From assembly GCA_016188065.1 (NCBI GenBank), contig JACPIN010000020.1:764-64763 (forward strand): a stretch of 64,000 bases of DNA, written 5' to 3'. The translations under genes and the position numbers were made by a program. The notes beneath the pieces are model-generated. The model was given only the letters and a program-made list of their open reading frames with translations, did no database searches and was not told the DNA's origin. Below, one piece after another: positions 39,355 through 48,571 of this stretch (positions are counted from its first letter, which is position 1; each line of letters starts with the position of its first letter). The stretch is from Candidatus Woesearchaeota archaeon (lineage in GTDB: Archaea > Nanobdellota > Nanobdellia > SCGC-AAA011-G17 > ARS1403).

Positions 39355-39452
39355 CGAAAGCTTTATATAGAGGGTGTGTTTCTATATCGATAATTAAACG
39401 AGGTTGATATCAATTGCATTTATCTAAAATAAATCAAAGGGGTGTGTATATA
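39355..39452 (+). promoter_or_regulatory. putative strong promoter and leader of the surface glycoprotein gene
   Basis: TTTATATA at 39364-39371 followed by GGGTGTGTTTCTA. GGGGTGTGTAT ribosome-binding site immediately before the ATG. The same motifs recur upstream of the other surface-protein gene. Confidence 0.4.
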
Positions 39453-41840
39453 ATGGATAAAAAAGTGGGTGTATCTGTTTTATTTGGTTTTCTTCTTCTT
39501 GTTGGTTTGGTCGTTACAAATGCTATAGTAGATTCAAGTGATTCTCCATCTGATATGTTGAGGTCTGCAAATATTACTTTATATGGAGATGCAATAAGCA
39601 TTGATAATGCAAGTATCGGTGGTGGAAGTGAAATTGTTAATTTAACTGTTCGTGCAGGTGTTTCTGATAGTTCTGGTTTAAATAATATTACAAATATTAC
39701 TGTTACATGGGATGCTAATTTTACTTTCTTGGGATGGATTTCTGTTACTGACGTATTTGAGAGTGCATGTACAAATCAAGCACTTGGACTTGATTGTAGT
39801 CTTGGAGACAGTGATGATGGCGGTGCCTCTAATGCTACAATTTTCAATAATGTTACATTAATTACTGATGGAACTTCAACAGATTCACTTTCAGCTAATT
39901 GGAGTTGTAGAAATCTTTCAGCGACCAGTGTAAATTGTTATAATGATACTGACTTCTCAGCTTTGGTGGGTAATGGGAACAATACATTATTAATTAGATT
40001 TAATGTAACTGCAGCTTCTAATATTGAAGACAGAAGTATATTCATTGTAAATGTGTCAAACTCTGAAGCAAGTATCGCTGGCACTAATGAATCACAATTA
40101 ACTGTGTTTGTTGATGGAAAGGCTCCAACTTTATTAGAATTAAATATATCTGATGGGAATACTACTTGGGAAAATGGTACATTTAATGGAACTGTTGGAG
40201 AAGGATATTCAACTTTCTTAAGCAATCAGAGTCCTTTAACTGTTACTGCTACAGTTCTTGAGCAAAACCCTGATGATGCTACAGTATGGTTATTCTTCAA
40301 TGGATCTAACATAAACAGCAATGTGGCATGGGGTGAACTTGACAGAGGATTTTTATTATATCCTGCTAACAGAACAGAAGTAACACCTACAGTTACTAGA
40401 GGTACTTTATCAGGTGTGGCTACTTCATATTATACACATGCTATTAAGTATGAGTGGACTATTCCTGCTGGATCTGTTGCTAATTTTGGAGATAGTGCTA
40501 CTTTAAATCAGACAATAGCATTCATGGGGCTTGCAAATGACACACTTAATCAGGAGAATACTTTTAACGATACAACAACTATAAATGCTGCAGCGGTACC
40601 ATTTATGATATTATTGAACGATACATTGCCACGAGTATTTAATTTAACTTTGAAGGATCATAAGAGCAATGAATTGAAAGGCGGAAATGCAGATGGAAGC
40701 GGTGATTATTTGGCTGAAGGCAATATAACAATTACAATTGACGTAAAAGGAGCACCTAAGCCTACAATGGATTTGATTAATGGATCTACAATATATTTGT
40801 TTTATAATACAACTGGATCTTTAACAAGTTTGCAGAATGGTGAGATTGCAAACTTTGATGAAAAGATTAATTTGACTGATGTGAACATTACAGTATCATC
40901 CAGTGCTAGTGTAGTTGATCCTGATACTGTTGAGACTTATGAAACTTCAATATATTTGAATGCAAATGCAAGTAACGATGTTGAAATTTATGTTGTAGTT
41001 GGTAATAAATCAGAAGACATGAATCAAGCTGATTTAGGTTTAGCAGGAAATTATACATCTGAAGTGTTTATGAAGTTCAGAGTTGATGGTACAAATCCTG
41101 GAGCAGAGTTAAGTACTCCAAATAATAGGGGATTGGGATTATCTGGAAGCAGTACTTTCACTCAGATTGCAGAAGAATCAAAGACCACTGGAACAGATAC
41201 ACAGAAATTCAGCGGAACAGATATTAGTACTGCTGGAACCTATAATGTAAGATGCAGAGTTACTGATGCGGTTGGCAATGTTAAAGATACAGATACAACA
41301 AACCTTAATCAATTTACTGTAAGCATTTCATCAACTGGAGGTGGTGGTGCGGGTACTGGTGGCGGAGCAGGAGCAGCTGTAAGTTTTGATGTTGACTTTA
41401 CAAGTTCACCTCAAGCTACATTTAAAGCTAGCCAAGGAAGAGTCAAGAGCTTCAGTTTTGATGGGATAACAAAACACACAATAACATTCAGTGAAGTAGC
41501 TTCAGATAGCGTTACATTAATAATAGCATCTGATCCAATAACTGCTAAACTAAATGTAGGTCAAAGCAAATCTATTGATGTAAATGCTGATGGGACAGAT
41601 GATATGAAAGTCCAACTAAATGGGATAGACAATGGTGTCGCTGATGTTACTGTAACTAAGATGGAGGAAGGCGCAGCAAAGATAAAAGCTCAAGAGGAAC
41701 AGGCAAGAGAAGAATCAACTGGAGAAGTGGGTGAAGGGGTAATACCTGTTGCTGGAAGAAGCCTGGCTTGGTTATGGTGGACATTGATAGTAATTGTAGC
41801 TATCGTTGCAATCGGCTATTATGTAAATAAAAGGAAGTAA
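39453..41840 (+). CDS. secreted surface glycoprotein, S-layer-like, with C-terminal TM anchor
   Basis: Signal peptide MDKKVGVSVLFGFLLLVGLVVTNA, more than 30 N-x-S/T sequons, Thr/Ser/Asn-rich, and a C-terminal LAWLWWTLIVIVAIVAIGYYVNKRK anchor. AGGGGTGTG ribosome-binding site before ATG 39453 with TATA-like TTTATATA upstream. Confidence 0.65.
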   Translation: MDKKVGVSVLFGFLLLVGLVVTNAIVDSSDSPSDMLRSANITLYGDAISIDNASIGGGSEIVNLTVRAGVSDSSGLNNITNITVTWDANFTFLGWISVTDVFESACTNQALGLDCSLGDSDDGGASNATIFNNVTLITDGTSTDSLSANWSCRNLSATSVNCYNDTDFSALVGNGNNTLLIRFNVTAASNIEDRSIFIVNVSNSEASIAGTNESQLTVFVDGKAPTLLELNISDGNTTWENGTFNGTVGEGYSTFLSNQSPLTVTATVLEQNPDDATVWLFFNGSNINSNVAWGELDRGFLLYPANRTEVTPTVTRGTLSGVATSYYTHAIKYEWTIPAGSVANFGDSATLNQTIAFMGLANDTLNQENTFNDTTTINAAAVPFMILLNDTLPRVFNLTLKDHKSNELKGGNADGSGDYLAEGNITITIDVKGAPKPTMDLINGSTIYLFYNTTGSLTSLQNGEIANFDEKINLTDVNITVSSSASVVDPDTVETYETSIYLNANASNDVEIYVVVGNKSEDMNQADLGLAGNYTSEVFMKFRVDGTNPGAELSTPNNRGLGLSGSSTFTQIAEESKTTGTDTQKFSGTDISTAGTYNVRCRVTDAVGNVKDTDTTNLNQFTVSISSTGGGGAGTGGGAGAAVSFDVDFTSSPQATFKASQGRVKSFSFDGITKHTITFSEVASDSVTLIIASDPITAKLNVGQSKSIDVNADGTDDMKVQLNGIDNGVADVTVTKMEEGAAKIKAQEEQAREESTGEVGEGVIPVAGRSLAWLWWTLIVIVAIVAIGYYVNKRK

Positions 41841-41875
41841 TTTTCTTTTTTATTTTATTAAACATTATTTCTATC

Positions 41876-42454
41876 TTGATAAAGCTTATAAACTATGATT
41901 TTATGATAAACTTTATGAAACTGAAAATTTTAATTATAATATTTATCTGTCTATTGCCAATAATTAATGCTGATCAAGGCAGAACTTTTAATCTAGATTT
42001 TAATTTACATGACCAGTATGATTTATTTCTTAAAAAAAGTGACAGAGTGCTGTTTGAATATGGTGGGTATAATAACACAATTATTATTGATGAAATAAAA
42101 GTAAATACTACTGAATTAGACCTATTCCTATTTTTAGAAATGGGGCTTCATAACCCCGATTACCAATTCTTAGGAAATGGATATGATATTCGGCTGGATT
42201 TTAACAAGGATGGTAAAAAAGAGATGAGTATTAGGTTAGTAAGAAATGACTTGAAAAATGGTGTAACTAACATATTGTTCAATAGGCTTGATGGCTGGGA
42301 TGAAGATGCTAAATTAGACCTCTCTAGCTGGAAAGTTGAAAATGAAAGAACAAATAATAACGTTATTTGGTACTTCATTGGAGCAGTTATTTTAATGTTA
42401 ATGGTCATTATATTATTGACTTATGGTCTTAAGAGAAGAGGAGTTTATTTTTGA
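41876..42454 (+). CDS. small membrane-anchored protein
   Basis: N-terminal signal/TM and C-terminal TM (IGAVILMLMVIILLTYGL). Function unknown. Confidence 0.4.
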   Translation: MIKLINYDFMINFMKLKILIIIFICLLPIINADQGRTFNLDFNLHDQYDLFLKKSDRVLFEYGGYNNTIIIDEIKVNTTELDLFLFLEMGLHNPDYQFLGNGYDIRLDFNKDGKKEMSIRLVRNDLKNGVTNILFNRLDGWDEDAKLDLSSWKVENERTNNNVIWYFIGAVILMLMVIILLTYGLKRRGVYF

Positions 42455-42981
42455 GTTTTATTAATTTTAAATCTAAATTCTATCTCCTGTGCTGGAAATA
42501 CTTTATCTAAAAAATTAGCATAAAACCATGCGTGTTTATTGGCAAATCTTTCCATAAATTTGAAGTATTTAGAGAAGACAAGATTGATTTGCTGATCAGT
42601 TAATTTTACATTATGATTATTGCGATAGCTTTGCTTTTCTTCCACATAAGGATTAAATGCTATATGGGAAAAGGATCTTTTTGCATATTCGCCATGAGCT
42701 AAGAAATGTGAATAATAATTTACTATTATTTTAATATTAGCTTCATTTTTGCAGATTCTGTAAATCTCTTCCATTGCATTTTCTAAATTATCTACGTACT
42801 GCAAAACATGCCTGCAGTAAACCTCTTCGACAGAATTATTCTCTAAAGGAATCCCCTCTGAAACATCTGCTACGATGTCAATATTGTCTCCTGGAACTAT
42901 GTCTAAATTAGTAAAACCTTCGATTCTTCCTTTACCACTTCCTAGATTTAGCTTCATTTTAATAAATCCTTCCAGTGCCAC
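42445..42981 (-). CDS. class I SAM-dependent methyltransferase
   Basis: LNLGSGKGRIEGFTNLDI methyltransferase motif I. Confidence 0.6.
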   Translation of the reverse strand: MALEGFIKMKLNLGSGKGRIEGFTNLDIVPGDNIDIVADVSEGIPLENNSVEEVYCRHVLQYVDNLENAMEEIYRICKNEANIKIIVNYYSHFLAHGEYAKRSFSHIAFNPYVEEKQSYRNNHNVKLTDQQINLVFSKYFKFMERFANKHAWFYANFLDKVFPAQEIEFRFKINKTQK

Positions 42982-43730
42982 CCCCTATTCTTTATTAAAT
43001 GTTTGCACTTTATTCTAGGATCTGCATATATCTCAAATCCGTTTTCTTTTGCATCTTCACAGAACCAAACATCATCAAAGCCCCTATATTTCTCAGAATA
43101 TCTGAATTCTATCTTTTCAAGAACCTTTCTTGAAATTAAAACCGCCCCTAAGCCGCATGAATGCACTTTAGTTGGAGATTTTTCTTTTTCTATCTCCTCT
43201 ATTGTATAGTAAGCTTTGACCATATCCAAATATGAAGAATTCATTTCTGCCTTCAGCTGCTTAAGATTCGAGTTATCAATAATCTGCTTAGCTTCATTTA
43301 ATCTGGACTCTGGTGGAAACTTATATACCAATGGGAGGATCCTTACTTGATCTCCAATTTTAATATTGCCGCAATATATTCCAGATAGTATGTCTTTTTT
43401 ATGCGACATTGCCATTTCAATAATATTTTTCGGTGGGATAACATCCTGCTCTAGTGAAAGGAAGTAATCATAATTTCCTTCTAGAGCTTTCTGCCTTAAG
43501 ATGTTTCTTGATGCGACTATCCTAATACGGGGGTTTTCATTAAAAGAAATCCTTGCCGTATTTATCCATTTTTTTATCAAATCCTTAAAGAATGTATCCT
43601 CTTTTGAATTGTCAACTAATAATATATCATAATCTTTGTATGTCAATGACTTTAGTGCATTCAGATATTCATCTGTGCAATAGAGATGATAATCAGAAAC
43701 AGGACAGCCGACTATTATCCTTTTACCCAT
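42954..43730 (-). CDS. small GT-A fold glycosyltransferase, paralog family member 1
   Basis: VGCP..DY, LLVDNS.ED, SRNILRQKALEGNYDYFLSLEQDVIPP. This conserved core is shared with five other ORFs in the window. Confidence 0.55.
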   Translation of the reverse strand: MGKRIIVGCPVSDYHLYCTDEYLNALKSLTYKDYDILLVDNSKEDTFFKDLIKKWINTARISFNENPRIRIVASRNILRQKALEGNYDYFLSLEQDVIPPKNIIEMAMSHKKDILSGIYCGNIKIGDQVRILPLVYKFPPESRLNEAKQIIDNSNLKQLKAEMNSSYLDMVKAYYTIEEIEKEKSPTKVHSCGLGAVLISRKVLEKIEFRYSEKYRGFDDVWFCEDAKENGFEIYADPRIKCKHLIKNRGWHWKDLLK

Positions 43731-43808
43731 GTATTGTTAGGAGAATATCAGACTTAAAAATTTATTGAATTTAAAAAAGAAAAAAAGAAAAAAGGCTTAT
43801 TCAACCTT

Positions 43809-46076
43809 TTATTCTACAGTGTAGCTTCCAACTGTTTGCGTTGTACTTACTACCTTTGCTTCTGCCTTGCTCATTCCAGCTAATTTACCAGCTGCTACAG
43901 CTTCTGCTGCATTTCTAGTGTCTACTGCACTATAACCTGCAACCAATAGAGCTACATTTGCACCATTGTCAGCTAATTTGACCATCGCTTCATTTGGTGT
44001 AAAGTCTCCTCTTGTTAATCCAAACACGCTGTTTGCTAATGGGTTTACTGCTGGACCACCAATTACAATCAAGTTTTGTGCGCTTGCGCTTGTTACTTCT
44101 TCTGACAATGCAGCTGCACTGCTTGGAATTGGGTTAACTACAACAGATCCTCCACTGGATGTTGATTTTGCTGTTGTTCCTTTAACAACCACATTAGCTT
44201 CTACCTGATCTCCCGGTATATCTATTACAACTTCATCACTACTTCCATGTGCTTTTGGATCTCTAATGATGATACCATACCTTGTTCTGTGGTCTTCATC
44301 TTTTGTACCAAGGTTAGTTGCTGTACCAGAATCCGGTTGTGTCCAAACTAATTCAGCAGCTTCTTCTGAGGTTGCAGTGGCACCTAGTCCGTTAAACGAT
44401 CCACTACTCAAATTAAACTGCATTGTAATGTTATCATTGTAGTCTGGAAGATTTGTGCTATGGTATGGTACTAATGTAATATCCACACTGTTACTTCCTA
44501 CTAATCCACTGTCGGCAAAGTCAAAAAACATTTGCAAATCTGTGTCTTTGCTATTGTCATAGTTGATTTCGATTGGTCTTGCTTGTCCTGCACCCGCGGA
44601 ATCATTCATAAAGATTAAACCTGCAAATTTTACTTTGCTGTCATCTGCATCTTTATAGAATACACCAAGGTCTGTACTGTTTGAACCAACATCGATAGCA
44701 ACTGCTGAATTACTTTCTGCTGCATAAAACCAGATTTCCTTTGTTTTGATGTCTTTTGCTGTGCCATTAAACCTACCTAAATTACTCCCCTTAATAACTA
44801 ATCCTTCAGTTTGAGGGGTTTTAACCTGTATGGTTTTAGCTGCTGTCAGCGTTCCAATTGCCTGGCTTAAATCTGCTGAGCTTTCATATTCAAACGTGTA
44901 TGTTGCATAGTTGTCATCTGAAACAGTTAAACTATCTAAGCAGATGCTCACATAGTTATTTGGCAGATCTATACATTCGCCTATTTTTGGTGGATTATCT
45001 GAATCATCGTTGTAGATGAAGTCATTTTCTATACCGAAAAATGGTCCTGTAAATTCTGCTGTTGTCGATGGTGTTGTCGATGTTGTTGATGCTTGTATAT
45101 TAGATACATTCCACACCCAATCTGGATTGTCTTTATCCTCTCCAGCATAAGCATCTCCATCCTTATAGGTTTCCTGAGCATCCTTGCCTAAAATTAAGCT
45201 TGCGGATGATGCTGCTTGGTTATTACTGTCGTAGAAGGTTTCATCATTTACAATCTCTACACCATTAACTGTCTTTGTGCTTCCTGAAGAGATTGTTTCA
45301 GTAACGCCATCTACATCTACAACTATTGCACCAGCTGAACCTACTCTTACAAGTTTTACAGTTTTTCCATTGACAACTACAGAGTCCCCTGAATCCATAA
45401 AGTATTCAGAGCCTACATAAGCTGTAAACTTCCCATCTGTATCATCATCTACATCCGTAATCTTTAAAGTTTTACCTAAGAACTTAATGCTTAATGGGTC
45501 AGAGCTTGTTGTCTTATTTACCTGAATAGCTTCTGAGAATGCATAATAATATTTAATAGCATCTCTAGCTACTTCCAAAACAACATCTGTTTGATAGTCA
45601 TCTTCTGAGCTTGTCAATGATGTATCTACAGATACTTTATTACCTGCTTGGTTTATCTCTAAAAACTCTTCTATGTCGTATTCAGCACCCTGGAAAGTAA
45701 TAGTACCATCCAACAAGCTATCTATATCGTCGTCTGCTAACTCAACATCCATAGTGAATGAATTTGAGTCTGAAATATTTGCACCTAAAGGAATATCTTC
45801 AGAGACGCCTCCTGAAACTGTAACTGTTGTTCCGCCAGAAGGGGAAACTGCTTTTGTCTGCAAATCTGCTAACATAACAGACTGACCAATTGTATCAGAT
45901 GCTGCCGCATTTTGACCTACAGCTATAACACCAGAAAATACTCCATTTGTAATAAATGGCGCTGGGTAATCAGCTAAGGTATAACTCAGTGCTAATGCCC
46001 CTGTTATTGATGAACCAAGCATTGCTGCACCGGTAGAAAGAGCGGCTATTTTTTTTAACACTCTTTTAGTTCTCAT
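43809..46076 (-). CDS. major secreted surface (S-layer-type) protein
   Basis: Signal peptide MRTKRVLKKIAALSTGAAMLGSSITGALA. About 750 aa, acidic and Thr/Ser/Gly/Val-rich, with no TM anchor. GGAGGTG ribosome-binding site 8 nt before ATG 46076. The ORF track extends to a GTG at 46085. Confidence 0.6.
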   Translation of the reverse strand: MRTKRVLKKIAALSTGAAMLGSSITGALALSYTLADYPAPFITNGVFSGVIAVGQNAAASDTIGQSVMLADLQTKAVSPSGGTTVTVSGGVSEDIPLGANISDSNSFTMDVELADDDIDSLLDGTITFQGAEYDIEEFLEINQAGNKVSVDTSLTSSEDDYQTDVVLEVARDAIKYYYAFSEAIQVNKTTSSDPLSIKFLGKTLKITDVDDDTDGKFTAYVGSEYFMDSGDSVVVNGKTVKLVRVGSAGAIVVDVDGVTETISSGSTKTVNGVEIVNDETFYDSNNQAASSASLILGKDAQETYKDGDAYAGEDKDNPDWVWNVSNIQASTTSTTPSTTAEFTGPFFGIENDFIYNDDSDNPPKIGECIDLPNNYVSICLDSLTVSDDNYATYTFEYESSADLSQAIGTLTAAKTIQVKTPQTEGLVIKGSNLGRFNGTAKDIKTKEIWFYAAESNSAVAIDVGSNSTDLGVFYKDADDSKVKFAGLIFMNDSAGAGQARPIEINYDNSKDTDLQMFFDFADSGLVGSNSVDITLVPYHSTNLPDYNDNITMQFNLSSGSFNGLGATATSEEAAELVWTQPDSGTATNLGTKDEDHRTRYGIIIRDPKAHGSSDEVVIDIPGDQVEANVVVKGTTAKSTSSGGSVVVNPIPSSAAALSEEVTSASAQNLIVIGGPAVNPLANSVFGLTRGDFTPNEAMVKLADNGANVALLVAGYSAVDTRNAAEAVAAGKLAGMSKAEAKVVSTTQTVGSYTVE

Positions 46077-46165
46077 TAAATACACACCTCCATGTGTCCC
46101 ATTAATTTGGGAATATTATTCATTAGATGTTTAGAAACCCACTCGGTTTATATAGCTTATGGTTA
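46077..46165 (-). promoter_or_regulatory. putative strong promoter and leader of the S-layer-type gene
   Basis: Minus-strand TATATAAA (plus 46146-46153) followed by GTGGGTTTCTA. GGAGGTGTGTATTTA precedes the ATG. Confidence 0.4.
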
Positions 46166-46336
46166 ACCTAGTAAGGAGAAGGATATATAAATAAAGCCCA
46201 AAGAGGGTATTTTAATTCTTAAGTTGGGAGATCTAGAAAAATCGTTCTCATCTTCTAAGCTTTTTATATCAATACTGATGAGAGCAAATGCAAATAGAAA
46301 GGTTTAAATATTACTTTGTATATACAAAATAATACC

Positions 46337-46600
46337 ATGGAAACAATAACTTTGAAGATGGAAGAGAATATGGTGAGAGAGATTGACAAAAAGCTTGCCA
46401 GCAATAGATACAGTACAAGGACAGAATTTATCAGAGACGCGATTAGAGATAAGCTTTCTGATTTGGAGAAAGAAGAGGCTTTAATGAGGTTGGAGAAGCT
46501 ATATGGGGCTTCAAAAAGGAATACAACTGATACACAATTAAAGAAAGCTAGGGAAGAAGCTGCTAAAGATCTTGCTAATGAATTGGGATTTAAATTATAG
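46337..46600 (+). CDS. ribbon-helix-helix (CopG/Arc/MetJ) DNA-binding protein
   Basis: METITLKMEENMVREIDK...YSTRTEFIRDAIRDKL, an RHH beta-strand plus helix pattern. Confidence 0.55.
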   Translation: METITLKMEENMVREIDKKLASNRYSTRTEFIRDAIRDKLSDLEKEEALMRLEKLYGASKRNTTDTQLKKAREEAAKDLANELGFKL

Positions 46601-46995
46601 AATATCTTCTGGAAAACTTGGTTTTGATATGTCTTTTATTTTATTAAAATCGGAATCTCTTGATATTAAATGTGCTTCATCTCTGGCAATTATTGCATGA
46701 ATTGCATCTCCTAATGGAATGTTTCTTTTACTTGCTATCCTTTTCCTTCTGAAAATTGTTCTTTTGTGACATGGACAATTCTCTTATTAGCAGATTCGAC
46801 TAAACGATAGATTTGATTGATTTCGTTTCTGGAATATCCGATTCTCTTTAGCTCCATTGATATGAAATTTGAATAGATGATTATGTTATCTTCTTTGATA
46901 ATCTTTTGCATCAATTTCTTGGCAATCTCACCATTGTAGCCTCTTTTTTCGTAAATATCAACCATATGGAGGGTGTCAAAATAAAAACTTCTCAT
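46594..46995 (-). pseudogene. PIN-domain (VapC-like) protein disrupted by a frameshift in an A-run near 46735-46745
   Basis: N-part FYFDTLHMVDIY (PIN Asp-Thr) ends at a TAG. The adjacent frame encodes ...IPLGDAIHAIIARDEAHLISRDSDF, the PIN C-terminal acidic motifs. Confidence 0.55.
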
Positions 46996-47034
46996 CTAGA
47001 AATGAAAATTCTTTTTGTTTAATAATTTAATGAA

Positions 47035-47107
47035 TGGGTCCGCCCAGAATTGAACTGGGGATCTCCGCTACGTCAAAGCGACGTCATAACCACTAGACCA
47101 CGGACCC
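47035..47107 (-). tRNA. tRNA-Val (anticodon GAC)
   Basis: Hand-folded cloverleaf: acceptor GGGTCCG/CGGACCC, anticodon loop TTGACGT, T-arm CCCAG-TTCAATT-CTGGG, discriminator A. No intron. Confidence 0.8.
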
Positions 47108-47856
47108 TATCTCTTGATTTCCGTCCATTTCCAGGGTTTTTCATTTATTAAATGTTTGCACTTTATCGATAAATCTGCAAATATTTCAAAGCCTTCATAG
47201 AAAACGTCCCTGCAGAACCAATTATCATCAAAATACGGGAAAAATGGATCATAGCGAAACTCTATCTTTTCTAGGACCGTTCTATGAATTAACAGGCAGC
47301 CAGAGCCGCACGAGATTACTTTAACTATCTTGTCCTGCTCCGTCTCCTTTGGATGCATTAATCTTATGCTCGCTCCGTCTATCACCTTATCTGAAAGTGC
47401 ATTTGAAACCCATAGTGTCGGAATCAGGTATCTTGCCTGTTGTGATGAGTATTGATTGTTATAAACAAAGTAAATCCCTGTTTGTATTTTTTTATTATTC
47501 TCGATCATTCTCTCTATTATATCCTTAGGTGGGATAATGTCCTGGTCTAAGTTTAAGAGATAATCATAACCTTCTTCCAGTGCCTTTCTCCTTAAAATAT
47601 TCCTGGAAACAATCATTCTTTCTCTAGCGTTTTCTAAGTATCCTATTCTTGTATAAGGCAGACCATTTTCCTTTAATTTTCCTGAAAAGCTTTCCGATTT
47701 CGAGTTATCTACAAAGAACAAATCATGATTCTTAAATGTTAAAGACTTTCTTGAGTTTGCGAATTCATCAAAGCAATAATCATAAAGGTCAGATACCGGG
47801 CTTCCGACTAATATTTTTGGGTTTGGACTCATAGCTCCAATTCGCTCCAGTTCCAC
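47107..47856 (-). CDS. small GT-A fold glycosyltransferase, paralog 2
   Basis: Same conserved core (FVDNS, SRNILRRKALEEGYDYLLNLDQDIIPP, CGSGCLLIHR). Its stop abuts the tRNA-Val gene. Confidence 0.55.
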   Translation of the reverse strand: MELERIGAMSPNPKILVGSPVSDLYDYCFDEFANSRKSLTFKNHDLFFVDNSKSESFSGKLKENGLPYTRIGYLENARERMIVSRNILRRKALEEGYDYLLNLDQDIIPPKDIIERMIENNKKIQTGIYFVYNNQYSSQQARYLIPTLWVSNALSDKVIDGASIRLMHPKETEQDKIVKVISCGSGCLLIHRTVLEKIEFRYDPFFPYFDDNWFCRDVFYEGFEIFADLSIKCKHLINEKPWKWTEIKR

Positions 47857-48509
47857 GGCCTTTTGTTAAGCAGGTGTCTGCATTTTAATGACAAGTCAGC
47901 GTAAATCTTAAAGCCTTGCCCTTCAGCATCTTTACAGAAGAACCAATCATCAAATCCAGGCTTTTTATCTATCCTGAACCTTACTTTTTCTAATACCCTT
48001 CTTGAAATTAGTATTGCTCCTAAGCCTGCATAGTTAACTTTTATCAGATTATTGTTCTTATCAGCATAATTAAACGGAAGATAACCGTACTTCCCATTGC
48101 TTTCTTTAATTGCGAGCATCGGAGTCAAAGAAGTGCTATTTGGCATGAAATAGAGCGCGGAGATTATATCCTCTTTAGGTTTAAGGAGTCTCTCTATTAT
48201 ATTTGCTTGCGGCAAGACGTCCTGCTCTAAACTGAAAAGATAATCGTAACTGCCATCTAGGACTTTCTGCCTGAGGATGTTTCTTGATGCGACTATCCTA
48301 TCTCTAGCTGATTCAAAGTGAGGACCTTTCATTACTGGGATTTTTAGTGATTTAATTTTTTCAAGATAGTTATCATCTTGAGAGTTATCAACTAAAAGCA
48401 GATCCTGATTTTTGTATGTTAATTTCTTGACTGCTTCTGCATACTCCTTCAGGCAATACTCTTTGTGAGAACTAGTAGGACATCCTACCAGAATTTTTGG
48501 TAATTTCAT
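47829..48509 (-). CDS. small GT-A fold glycosyltransferase, paralog 3
   Basis: VGCPTSSHKEY, LLVDNSQDD, SRNILRQKVLDGSYDYLFSLEQDVLP. Overlaps paralog 2 by 28 nt. Confidence 0.55.
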   Translation of the reverse strand: MKLPKILVGCPTSSHKEYCLKEYAEAVKKLTYKNQDLLLVDNSQDDNYLEKIKSLKIPVMKGPHFESARDRIVASRNILRQKVLDGSYDYLFSLEQDVLPQANIIERLLKPKEDIISALYFMPNSTSLTPMLAIKESNGKYGYLPFNYADKNNNLIKVNYAGLGAILISRRVLEKVRFRIDKKPGFDDWFFCKDAEGQGFKIYADLSLKCRHLLNKRPWNWSELEL

Positions 48510-48571
48510 TAATGTTTTGGATAATATAAAAGATTATAAACATTTTTGAATTATAAAAGGGAAAAATAGGC

